This document shows positions 18,136 to 26,199 of a stretch of DNA of 29,000 nucleotides, one piece after another. Each line of letters begins with the position of its first letter. Position 1 is the stretch's first letter. The DNA comes from a virus. Taxonomy: Duplodnaviria > Caudoviricetes. The translations under genes were made by a program, and so were the position numbers. The notes under the pieces are model-generated. The model saw only the letters and a list, made by a program, of their open reading frames with translations. It was not told the DNA's origin and did not search any database. The DNA lies in IMG/VR virus record IMGVR_UViG_3300037308_000390, positions 1 through 29,000 of that record, one strand, 5' to 3'.

Positions 18136-19362
18136 CTATTCTCTTTTTCTGAATTTCATATTAAACATCTGACCTAAAGCTAATTTTCTTTGCTCACGGT
18201 CTTTGAGGTCTATTTTTTCCGGCATTGCTTCTTCGCTCTTTTGAGCGTGGAATTGGCCTATTTTTGGCTCTTCTGCTGCAACTACTTTTACCGTAGATTT
18301 TGCGGCTTTAATTTCTTCCAATGCTGGCATATCAAATTCACTTAGGACTTTTTCTCTTGCCTCTGCTTCTTCGCCTTCTAACTCTTCAAGCTCTACGATT
18401 TCTCGAATAGCTGCGAGTTTTTCAGCTTCTTCAGCTTCTGCTTCAGCGTCTTCATAAGCAGTAATTGTTTCTTCTAATTGGGAAACTGTTCCCTCTAATT
18501 CAGAAACTTTACCTTCTAATTCAGACTTATCAGAGGCTAATTCGTCTCTTTCTTCGGTCAGGGTTTGAATTGTAGCGTCCTTTTGGATAATTTCCGCTTC
18601 AAGTTCTTCTATCCTTCCCTCTAATTCTTTATTTTCGTCTACCATTTTATCACCATCATCTTTGGGTGCATTAAATGTATATGTAATGTTATATGCTGGA
18701 ATTGACTGTATTGGTGCGAAATCAAACTCCTGCTCGTTCATTGGAGCAGATGTGCTTCCGCTATTATGTTTCCATTGACCTGTATCGCTTGTTGTATCTT
18801 TGTAATTGAATTGAGCGGTGAAATCATTATCGTGTGAGAATGATGCACCAGGTTCAATTGTAGTGTTAGAATCTGCGCCAAATGGCACAATGGACTGCTC
18901 ATAACACTTGCAGTCTCTCGCAATAACGTGAGCTTCATCAAACCAATGTTCACAATATCTGAAATCTTCTCCACAAACTGAACATTCTGGTTTTAACTCA
19001 AATCCTATGGAAACATTATCTAAAAATCCATCTTGAATTTTGGATTCCAATTCAGCGTCCCTTATTACACCCTTATACTTAACTCCCTTCTTTCCAATGG
19101 TTTTATCCAAACCAATCTTAGTTTCTATGATTTTACCGATAACTGCTTCAGATTCAAAGGCGTTATGGTTCTTTAAGAACTTCTGGCCCTTTAATGACTC
19201 TGCAATATTACTTAGTTCTGAATAAGGTATTTCTACTGTTTGATTTTGAAAAATCCCAGTATGGATACTGTATCCAGATATAATCAGCTTGTCATCAGCT
19301 GTTCGCTCAAAACCAATCGGTTCGTCCTTGGTAAAGGTTACCGTCTTGGGTTCGTGGGTCAC
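18136..19362 (-). CDS. Prohead protease fused to scaffolding domain
   Basis: FLKNH (His) and NVSIGF (Ser) protease motifs, CSVCG...CEH Zn-site insert, EQSIVPFGAD, and an acidic coiled-coil C-terminal half. Confidence 0.88.
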   Translation of the reverse strand: MTHEPKTVTFTKDEPIGFERTADDKLIISGYSIHTGIFQNQTVEIPYSELSNIAESLKGQKFLKNHNAFESEAVIGKIIETKIGLDKTIGKKGVKYKGVIRDAELESKIQDGFLDNVSIGFELKPECSVCGEDFRYCEHWFDEAHVIARDCKCYEQSIVPFGADSNTTIEPGASFSHDNDFTAQFNYKDTTSDTGQWKHNSGSTSAPMNEQEFDFAPIQSIPAYNITYTFNAPKDDGDKMVDENKELEGRIEELEAEIIQKDATIQTLTEERDELASDKSELEGKVSELEGTVSQLEETITAYEDAEAEAEEAEKLAAIREIVELEELEGEEAEAREKVLSEFDMPALEEIKAAKSTVKVVAAEEPKIGQFHAQKSEEAMPEKIDLKDREQRKLALGQMFNMKFRKRE

Positions 19363-19445
19363 TTAATCAATCTCCTTTGTATTTGCCGTCTTGCCTTTCT
19401 TACTAAATTGAAGAAAAGTAATACTGTATAATATATGTGTCGTTA

Positions 19446-19462
19446 TTTACTTATAAAGGTTT
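19446..19462 (-). promoter_or_regulatory. Archaeal BRE/TATA-like promoter upstream of the capsid genes
   Basis: AAACCTTTATAAGTAAA on the minus strand. An identical 17-mer lies at 28848-28864. Confidence 0.65.
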
Positions 19463-19471
19463 ACACTGGAG

Positions 19472-19732
19472 TTAGAATAGTTCGTATAAGTATCCTCTTG
19501 AGCTTTTAGTCGCTCTTATCTTCGGATTCCTTCTAAGAAGCCTTGCCAATCGTTTAGGCGTAGCCCGTATCTGGGAGACCTTATATTGGGTTACAATCTC
19601 CGAGTTGATATTACTCGCACGTAACGGCTCTTTCTTAGCCTCCAATATGTCTATTGCGGCAGACTCAAACGTTGCGTTGGAATAAACCTTTTTAACCGGT
19701 TTTAAGCCCAACTTCTTTTTTGGCCTCTTCAT
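19472..19732 (-). CDS. Basic winged-HTH-like DNA-binding protein
   Basis: TFESAAIDILEAKKEPLRASNI...TPKRLARLLRR...GYLYEL. Likely start is ATG 19732 (ATGA overlap with the upstream Zn-ribbon ORF) rather than 19771. Confidence 0.65.
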   Translation of the reverse strand: MKRPKKKLGLKPVKKVYSNATFESAAIDILEAKKEPLRASNINSEIVTQYKVSQIRATPKRLARLLRRNPKIRATKSSRGYLYELF

Positions 19733-19857
19733 AGTGTCATCTTTTCCTCTACTTTCGGAAATACGTGCCACTCATTGCAATTGGGGCAATGAGTTTTTCG
19801 ATTATCTTCTTCAAGCCACTCATGGCCACAACTATAACATTTTACTATGATTTTCAT
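19729..19857 (-). CDS. Zinc-ribbon microprotein (42 aa)
   Basis: Manual translation MKIIVKCYSCGHEWLEEDNRKTHCPNCNEWHVFPKVEEKMTL* has two CxxC motifs and overlaps both neighbours. Confidence 0.7.
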   Translation of the reverse strand: MKIIVKCYSCGHEWLEEDNRKTHCPNCNEWHVFPKVEEKMTL

Positions 19858-20590
19858 AATCTTTTCGCTCTCTATAATGTTTGGTTTTAATTAAGGGGTC
19901 TACATAGATTTTAAAACCAAGTTGTTGTGCCTTTTGGCAGAAGAATATGTCTTCTCCCTGATAATGATACCCGTAGAAGGCTCCTTGGTCTAAAACATCT
20001 CTTTTTATCAGGATACAAGCTCCCGTAGCATCCACCTTAGTTAGTTCTGTTAAAGGTTCGGTGCCGGACGAATATGTTCTCTCTCCTGATTTAGCTTGGG
20101 AAAAAGGTTCCTCAAATAAAAAATTATATTGTGAACCCACCGGACAAGAAAAATTAATAACCGGTGCACCCACAATATCTAAATTGTGCGACATTAATTG
20201 CCGCAATGTGTTTGGAGATATGATAATATCCGAATCAACCGAAAAAACGTGAGTATCTGACTTTCTTCTCATTGAAAGCCATAAATTCCTTATGTGAGCA
20301 AAATGATTGTAGTCTCTCAAAGCTCTATCGGAATCGTCATTTTCATCGTCCATTGTCCAAATATCACACCGGGCATACTGGTGTTCGAATTTCTCTTTAA
20401 ATTCAAAAATGTATTCCCCCGTTCTATCCATCGGTGCGCCATTTATAAAAAAGGACAAGTGGATTTCTTCTTTTGGGTAATCCAATCGATATAAATGATT
20501 TAGATAATCTTGGATTATCCATTCTCTGTTCCGCTGTATCGGAGCTCCAACCATTATAGTCAAGTTATCCCTCACGTTGTAATCATCCAA
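19832..20590 (-). CDS. Glycosyltransferase, GT-A fold (family 2-like)
   Basis: IMVGAPIQRNR, FSVDSD (DxD), VDATGACILIKRDV, GEDIFFCQKAQQLGFKIYVDP. Probable start is TTG 20563 after GAGGGA. Confidence 0.9.
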   Translation of the reverse strand: MDDYNVRDNLTIMVGAPIQRNREWIIQDYLNHLYRLDYPKEEIHLSFFINGAPMDRTGEYIFEFKEKFEHQYARCDIWTMDDENDDSDRALRDYNHFAHIRNLWLSMRRKSDTHVFSVDSDIIISPNTLRQLMSHNLDIVGAPVINFSCPVGSQYNFLFEEPFSQAKSGERTYSSGTEPLTELTKVDATGACILIKRDVLDQGAFYGYHYQGEDIFFCQKAQQLGFKIYVDPLIKTKHYRERKDYENHSKML

Positions 20591-20697
20591 GAGCTAAACA
20601 AACCCTCTTCATCAAAATCTTGCCAATGTACTGTTGGGCCGATTAATAGCCCTGAATCAGCCAGCGCTTCTAATAATTCTTCTCGTGTCATGTTCAT
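20572..20697 (-). CDS. Possible small acidic protein (41 aa)
   Basis: MNMTREELLEALADSGLLIGPTVHWQDFDEEGLFSSWMITT* fills the gap. Its TGA overlaps the likely RBS of the glycosyltransferase. Confidence 0.45.
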   Translation of the reverse strand: MNMTREELLEALADSGLLIGPTVHWQDFDEEGLFSSWMITT

Positions 20698-21028
20698 AGC
20701 ACTTATCCCGGCATCTATAGCATTTTTTAAATTGTTTAAAAATATCTGGCATTACTCCGACTTCGTATGCCATGTTATCGGATTCCAGACATATCCTATC
20801 ACCACTATTCAATGAGAAGGCTAACGTTAAGTTAAATGCCTCATTATAATGTTGTGCAACATAATTCAGTAAATCAACAGCGTGTTCATTTGTGAATTTA
20901 CGATAGGGGTGGGTTTGGTTTTGTAGAAAGTTCCGCAGCTCTTGCATAAAAATACAAAAGATTTTCTCCTGTATATTGTGGGGGAACTCCTGCAAGACTA
21001 CGACTTGTTTATGGAGCTCCTGCATCAC
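20657..21028 (-). CDS. Hypothetical protein with C-terminal Cys cluster
   Basis: 123 aa with AGGAG RBS and CYRCRDKC near the C-terminus. Confidence 0.6.
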   Translation of the reverse strand: MMQELHKQVVVLQEFPHNIQEKIFCIFMQELRNFLQNQTHPYRKFTNEHAVDLLNYVAQHYNEAFNLTLAFSLNSGDRICLESDNMAYEVGVMPDIFKQFKKCYRCRDKCYEHDTRRIIRSAG

Positions 21029-21036
21029 TCTTTCTC

Positions 21037-21252
21037 CTAAGCGACTTCTTGCTCCGGTGGCATTTGGTTTCTTGCTATGTTAACTGCGTATCGGCTACCA
21101 ATTTGACTTACTGTCATCATGATGATACCAACTGCGAGTTGAGTAGCAGGGTCTTCTCCCGCTAAAGCTTGAATTTGTGGAGTATAAAAGATTATAGCTC
21201 CTAATGCTGCACCTAAAGCGAACGTTCCGAAGTCAACTATTTTTTCATCCAT
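21037..21252 (-). CDS. Small two-TM membrane protein (holin-like candidate)
   Basis: Two hydrophobic stretches (FGTFALGAALGAIIFY; LAVGIIMMTVSQIG), polar C-terminus, AGGTGA RBS. Confidence 0.55.
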   Translation of the reverse strand: MDEKIVDFGTFALGAALGAIIFYTPQIQALAGEDPATQLAVGIIMMTVSQIGSRYAVNIARNQMPPEQEVA

Positions 21253-21261
21253 TCTTTCACC

Positions 21262-22587
21262 TTATTCTTGACCAGTATCATGGTCTCTATCTTCTTCACT
21301 TGGTTCTGGTACTTCTGGCGTTTGTTCCGGGTCAGACGGTTTTCTGGCCCCCGGGCGAACAACTTCAGGTTGTTCCAGAGGCACTTCTATCTCATCTAAT
21401 GGAACTGGTTTACCTTTAAATCCAAGTGAGTTTGTGGCTTGTTTTCTACTTATATATCCGTTTTGCTGGGCTGGAGCAATCCATTTAATCGCTTCGGAGT
21501 TCTCTTCTACGGCCCTTATTGGGAAGTTAATGTATAAATCGTCATAGTCTTCAATTTGAAGAATACCTTTAGCTTCCAGATACGGCTTATATAATTGTTC
21601 TACAAGCATATCCCCAACATTCTCCTGTTTATCTCGAACTAAATCGTTATAAACGTAGTTCTGCATTCTTGAAACAGAGAGGTTGTCGCCCCTTAGCCCT
21701 AAAAGCTGCATTGGGACCCCAACTTGTGCTCCAAAACTATAAAGTAGGTGTTCTACTGTTGGGACAAAATCAATTAACGTATCCGATGTTCCTAAAACCT
21801 TAGCATCAACGCTGGAATCCATACCAGCGTCATTACCGGCTTCTAATTGGCTCACCATAAACTGCATAAACTCCAGAATCTCTTCTGGGGGTGTTTTAAC
21901 AGCTTCTTGTTGGCTATCAAGCATCCATAGGACTATCGGTAACGCAAATCTGTCTAAGAGCACAGCTATATTCATCTGAGAGTTAATTAATAACTCTAAC
22001 ATCTGAATAACTGGCTCAAAAATAGACTTCCCGTAAATTTCCCCAGTTTCGGGGTCTTCTGGGAAGTATAAAATTTCTTCGGGTTTCAGTTTCACTTCAT
22101 CACTGGCCCCGCTATAAACCCATCCAAGTAAATTCCCGAAATCATCGACATCAGGCTTGATTAGCTTCGGATGGACATTAAAAACAACAAGTGGAAGGCC
22201 GTCGGGTCCATATTGGACGTATAAAAAGGCGGTTCCGTATTTTATCGAGTCACGGAATATTCCACGTAATATCTTTCTCGTAATCTTTACATCTATATAT
22301 CTTAGTTCTTCGGTAATGGCCTCGATTTCTCGGCCTTCTTCGTCAGTACAAACGAGTTCGTAGTTCATTCGGGCACAATCACCGGCAATCTTATTAGTTA
22401 CACGATTCATTATAGTTTTTCGATGTAAGTTATCTATTAAATCGTATGACATTATCTGTTGACCGCTTGGTGTACTGTAACGGGCAAATGACTGAGCTTG
22501 CTGCTTGTTTGGGAATTGTAAAACCGGCGTTTTAACTGTCTTTGGTTTAGCCGGCCCGAAACTTATCTCATATCTCCAAATCTTCAT
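21262..22587 (-). CDS. Portal protein
   Basis: Follows terminase. RDSIKYGTAFLYV, VHPKLIK, LKPEEILYF...IYGKSIFEPV, VGVPMQLLG and GYISRKQA match the portal pattern. Confidence 0.92.
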   Translation of the reverse strand: MKIWRYEISFGPAKPKTVKTPVLQFPNKQQAQSFARYSTPSGQQIMSYDLIDNLHRKTIMNRVTNKIAGDCARMNYELVCTDEEGREIEAITEELRYIDVKITRKILRGIFRDSIKYGTAFLYVQYGPDGLPLVVFNVHPKLIKPDVDDFGNLLGWVYSGASDEVKLKPEEILYFPEDPETGEIYGKSIFEPVIQMLELLINSQMNIAVLLDRFALPIVLWMLDSQQEAVKTPPEEILEFMQFMVSQLEAGNDAGMDSSVDAKVLGTSDTLIDFVPTVEHLLYSFGAQVGVPMQLLGLRGDNLSVSRMQNYVYNDLVRDKQENVGDMLVEQLYKPYLEAKGILQIEDYDDLYINFPIRAVEENSEAIKWIAPAQQNGYISRKQATNSLGFKGKPVPLDEIEVPLEQPEVVRPGARKPSDPEQTPEVPEPSEEDRDHDTGQE

Positions 22588-24170
22588 ATAATTCCTCTTT
22601 TGGGGCCTCTTGCAGGGAAATTTCCAAGTTTACTGCTGCCCCTTTGTTTTATTCCAGGGTTAAACCGGTTTAAGATGTTGGTGCCTAAACTCACAACGTT
22701 AAATTTACCTATGGCTCCAATTGTAGACCTATTAGCATGCATTGCTAAAAGTAGTGAGTCTACGTAGTCGTCAGAGCCACCAGCCGGCTTACTGTAAGAA
22801 ATTCTGTTGGTCTTTTCATTAACTTCTCTTTTGAATGAAAGCATTTCGTGATATAAGGGGCTGCTATAAGCAATTTTAACCTTATCCCTCTCTAAATCTA
22901 ATACACCAGCTTCTACCAGCTGTTGTTTTTTCATTCCACCCGCAAAGTTAAATCCGTCAACTCTATATGTAGCATCGCGTTTAATGTCTTCAACAAACTT
23001 CTGTCCAACACCAGTTTCGTCTATTACTCCTTTTCTGATGTCTGGAAACTTTAAGGGTAGTGTTTCAAGTAAATAATCGGCTATAACTTTATAATCGGTG
23101 CCTAATGGCCATGATTTCACGTATATGATATCGAGCTTGCCATTATTCTTCCGTTCTCCAACGCTTAGAACGGAGTGGTTTCGTTGTTTACCTAAGTCCA
23201 CCCCGAAAACGACTTCGTTGTCTGAGGCAAGCTTCATTTTCATGTCCAGCGGCATAACAGCGTCAACGAGTTCCTTTGGGAATACTTCTCCAATGGTATC
23301 CAACCATTCAAGACAATATTCACGAAGAAACTCAATTTCGGTCATACGCTTTCTGTCGGCCTTTAGCTCGCCTATCTCTATCCTTTTTGTTCCCGAAGAT
23401 ATGATTTCCCCTGCACCATCGAGATAAGCTGTTTGCCGTCTGAAAACGATAAATTTTTGGTCAAATTCTTCTTCAAGGATGTCTTCAACTTCTTGGACAC
23501 TATTTTCCAGTACATACATTCTGGCGTCCTGATGGACTTCCCAGAACTGTCCAACCTTTCCTAAAGGAGTCCCGGACATAACTTGCCATTTTTTGCCGTG
23601 CGTACCACGCATAACTGGAATTATGAAACCGAAGGTTCTGTCCTGTATCTGCTGGGCTTCGTCGAAAAGCAGGAAACGTGCACCCCTACCCAACTGTCCG
23701 ATACCTTCTTTTCCTGCGGAGGCGGTGTTGAGGCGGGAGTGATTTACCAGACGCATGGTTGTTGCGTTTAGTTTTTCGAAAAACGGAGTGATGTGTGGGC
23801 TTCTTAGCACCAAATCTTGCATTTCGTTACCGTAGTCGTTAGCCTGACTCCATGAAGGTAAAACAGCTAACGCTCGTAATGATGGGTTGAATATAAGCTT
23901 GTGAAGGATGTCAAACCTTGTTGTAGTGGATTTCGAGAGCCTACGTGCCCAAAAGAGCATTTTGTAAGACCAGTCGCATCTTAGGTATTCTGTTTGGTGT
24001 GGTTCGAGAATATAAGGCTTTCCATCTTCAGCAATACATAAATTCTCAACAAAGAACTTTGGGTCTGCCCTACAGGTTTCTACAAAGTCGATTTTGTCTT
24101 GATTTGTCGCTGTTATTATCCTCACTCCGGTATGATAAATTTCATTAGTATTATTACTATGTGTCCTCAT
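22584..24170 (-). CDS. terL: Terminase large subunit (true start probably 24125 or 24116)
   Basis: LEPHQ adenine-binding motif, ARRLSKST Walker A variant, FLLFDEA Walker B, SGTP coupling motif, GVDLG / DETGVG / DDYVDSL nuclease motifs. Confidence 0.95.
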   Translation of the reverse strand: MRTHSNNTNEIYHTGVRIITATNQDKIDFVETCRADPKFFVENLCIAEDGKPYILEPHQTEYLRCDWSYKMLFWARRLSKSTTTRFDILHKLIFNPSLRALAVLPSWSQANDYGNEMQDLVLRSPHITPFFEKLNATTMRLVNHSRLNTASAGKEGIGQLGRGARFLLFDEAQQIQDRTFGFIIPVMRGTHGKKWQVMSGTPLGKVGQFWEVHQDARMYVLENSVQEVEDILEEEFDQKFIVFRRQTAYLDGAGEIISSGTKRIEIGELKADRKRMTEIEFLREYCLEWLDTIGEVFPKELVDAVMPLDMKMKLASDNEVVFGVDLGKQRNHSVLSVGERKNNGKLDIIYVKSWPLGTDYKVIADYLLETLPLKFPDIRKGVIDETGVGQKFVEDIKRDATYRVDGFNFAGGMKKQQLVEAGVLDLERDKVKIAYSSPLYHEMLSFKREVNEKTNRISYSKPAGGSDDYVDSLLLAMHANRSTIGAIGKFNVVSLGTNILNRFNPGIKQRGSSKLGNFPARGPKRGII

Positions 24171-24172
24171 GG

Positions 24173-24218
24173 TATATAAACCATACCTCTCTGGGATAAA
24201 AACAGAAAGGTTTATATA
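24173..24218. promoter_or_regulatory. Back-to-back divergent TATA promoters
   Basis: GGTTTATATA on the minus strand (24182-24173) and on the plus strand (24209-24218, preceded by purine-rich CAGAAA) between divergent operons. Confidence 0.7.
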
Positions 24219-24271
24219 TGATGAGCGAGATAAAATAAGTTACATATCAGTAAACAACAAGAGGTGATTTT

Positions 24272-24475
24272 TTGGTGGGTAATTGCTTTAGTCGCCGTAG
24301 CGGTGCTAAAAAGAAGTATTGGACTGAAAAGGACGCTCAAAGTGCGTGCGACCAAACTATGACTAAGTATAATGAGCCTATGCGCTATTATCTTTGTCCT
24401 CATTGTGGGGCTTGGCATATTGGTGGAGTTAAGAACCTTAAACATCCTGTGGGTGACTTAAATGACAACAAATAA
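24272..24475 (+). CDS. Small Zn-binding viral protein
   Basis: GAGGTGA RBS. C...KKKYWTEKDA...RYYLCPHCGAWHI motif common in small phage proteins. Confidence 0.7.
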   Translation: MVGNCFSRRSGAKKKYWTEKDAQSACDQTMTKYNEPMRYYLCPHCGAWHIGGVKNLKHPVGDLNDNK

Positions 24476-24881
24476 GTATAGGGGTTGGCATAAGGACGAA
24501 GGTTTTATGTCTCCAGTAACTATGATAGATTGGGATGGCGAAATCGTCTATACAATGGGTGAAGCGCCAAATGAACGAAACATAAGACATTTTGACGAAA
24601 TTGTTTTAATGCAATTTACCGGAGCTAAGGATAAACGGGGAAAAGAACTGTATGAAGGCGATGTTATTGCTGTAAAGGGTGTAAGAAGACCATCTGGTTT
24701 TGATACCCATTATGAAGATGTGAAATATCGTATTACACGTGAATATTTAATGTGGTATGCCCGAAAGGTCTCTGAGCCAAATACTGAGTATTATTATTCA
24801 GAAAGGCTCTGGGAAATAATTGACTATTGTTATAAAATTGGTAACATCTATGAAGACCCTGATTTTCGTGAGGATGATTGA
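24462..24881 (+). CDS. YopX family protein
   Basis: KYRGW...LMQFTGAKDKRGKELYEGDVI...IGNIYEDPD signature. Confidence 0.92.
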   Translation: MTTNKYRGWHKDEGFMSPVTMIDWDGEIVYTMGEAPNERNIRHFDEIVLMQFTGAKDKRGKELYEGDVIAVKGVRRPSGFDTHYEDVKYRITREYLMWYARKVSEPNTEYYYSERLWEIIDYCYKIGNIYEDPDFREDD

Positions 24882-24882
24882 T

Positions 24883-25392
24883 ATGGGGTTCTGGGATTGG
24901 GTTTATGATAAACTATGGCCACCAAAAACTTATGGCGAGATGATTGAACGTAAATTGCAACGAAAAATCACGAACAGGTACTTCCACATTACAATTAAGG
25001 GCAAAAAGTCCGAATATTCCCTAATGAATACAATATCAGGAGGTCATATTGAATGGCAAGATGATATTGCTCATGCGGAGTACAAAAAGAAAATAAACTG
25101 GAGACCGGCCTTAGATAAGGACGGGAATCATGAATTTCATTGGGGTCGTCCATTTGGTGGGGAATTTGGTGGTGAATTACGGAAGTATTATCACTGGAAA
25201 GTAGACGCTATCCCTTTAATGATACATAGCCCGAATTATCTCCATAATGCTCCTCTCGATTTGCTAACGGCTATTGGTGAAAAGTTTGATGAAGTTTTAG
25301 AAGAAATAAATAGCCAAAAATGGAGAGAAATAGAGCCCGGGCACTTTGAACTAAAAATAAAACCTGTAACGGACGAATATGAAGAGGAATAG
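24883..25392 (+). CDS. Hypothetical protein
   Basis: ORF track gives 24820-25392. Likely start is ATG 24883 after GAGGATGA. Confidence 0.7.
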   Translation: MGFWDWVYDKLWPPKTYGEMIERKLQRKITNRYFHITIKGKKSEYSLMNTISGGHIEWQDDIAHAEYKKKINWRPALDKDGNHEFHWGRPFGGEFGGELRKYYHWKVDAIPLMIHSPNYLHNAPLDLLTAIGEKFDEVLEEINSQKWREIEPGHFELKIKPVTDEYEEE

Positions 25393-25394
25393 AC

Positions 25395-25616
25395 ATGGAT
25401 TGGATGAGAGAATTAAGAAAAGCAAAACATTCTGGCAATTGGGCGAGAAAGCAAGCTATTTGCAGCTTTATTTGTAAGGATATGGCTGACCTCGATTGGG
25501 CAGAAAACTTTATCCGGAAATATGGATATGATTTGTTTGATTTAATGTATGTGCAACCCCAAAGGAAGACTGGGTTTGCGGTATCAAGAAAAAGGAGAGC
25601 TTGTGATATAAAATAG
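25395..25616 (+). CDS. Hypothetical protein (73 aa)
   Basis: GAGG RBS and tight operon packing. Confidence 0.65.
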   Translation: MDWMRELRKAKHSGNWARKQAICSFICKDMADLDWAENFIRKYGYDLFDLMYVQPQRKTGFAVSRKRRACDIK

Positions 25617-25618
25617 AA

Positions 25619-25822
25619 GTGATTAGAATGACAATGATTGATTACGACCCAGAAGCAGACAGCTTGCTTATTCGGGTTGTTGACGGTAAGTATAAGCGTT
25701 CGGAGAGGTATGGAGATTTAATTGTAGACCTTTCTCCGGGCGGTTATGTCTTGGGTTTTGAAATATTGAACGCAAGTAAGTTTTTTGATGAGATTAATGT
25801 ATGTATGGAGAAGAAAAAATGA
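25619..25822 (+). CDS. DUF2283 family protein
   Basis: IDYDPEADSLLIRV...GDLIVDLSPGGYVLGFEILNASK signature. Confidence 0.88.
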   Translation: MIRMTMIDYDPEADSLLIRVVDGKYKRSERYGDLIVDLSPGGYVLGFEILNASKFFDEINVCMEKKK

Positions 25823-26199
25823 ATTTGATACCATTTTGGAAGAAAAAGGAGTCTAAAGCTAAACGGTTGAATGACGCTTTGATTATAAACGTTCCTTTTA
25901 GAATGGATTTTCGAGTGGGGGATATGGATATTATTATGGACCCTAAAACCAACCCTATTAAGGGCACGCCGGGTTTAATATCTGTCGCTAATGAAAAATT
26001 CCCGATGTATGAGCCTATATTCGACTGTGACATCGAAAAGCTAAATGATTTTTTAGATAAGCTTCCCTCAATTTTTTTTATGATGACACAGGAACTCTAT
26101 ACCGCTAAAGTACGGGTATTAGAAACACATAACAAAGAGAATTTAGTAGACAAAAGAATCGAAAATTTTTTGGCTTTAATGGAGACATTAGATGTTTAG
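25819..26199 (+). CDS. Hypothetical protein
   Basis: ORF track gives 25801-26199. ATG 25819 overlaps the upstream stop (ATGA). Confidence 0.65.
   Translation: MNLIPFWKKKESKAKRLNDALIINVPFRMDFRVGDMDIIMDPKTNPIKGTPGLISVANEKFPMYEPIFDCDIEKLNDFLDKLPSIFFMMTQELYTAKVRVLETHNKENLVDKRIENFLALMETLDV

Noticed and set aside
20700-20745. Programmed frameshift at TTTAAAAAA joining the 123-aa ORF to the downstream frame
   Set aside because: No in-phase X XXY YYZ heptamer, and the downstream frame has its own ATG at 20697.
426-24148. Numerous short plus-strand ORFs opposite the structural genes
   Set aside because: They are shadow ORFs lying inside well-supported minus-strand genes.
22584-24170. Intein or intron in terminase
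   Set aside because: Length and motif spacing are normal, and no splicing motifs were seen.
24212-24445. Minus-strand 77-aa ORF as small terminase
   Set aside because: It is antisense to a motif-bearing plus-strand gene with a strong RBS and has no TerS-like features.
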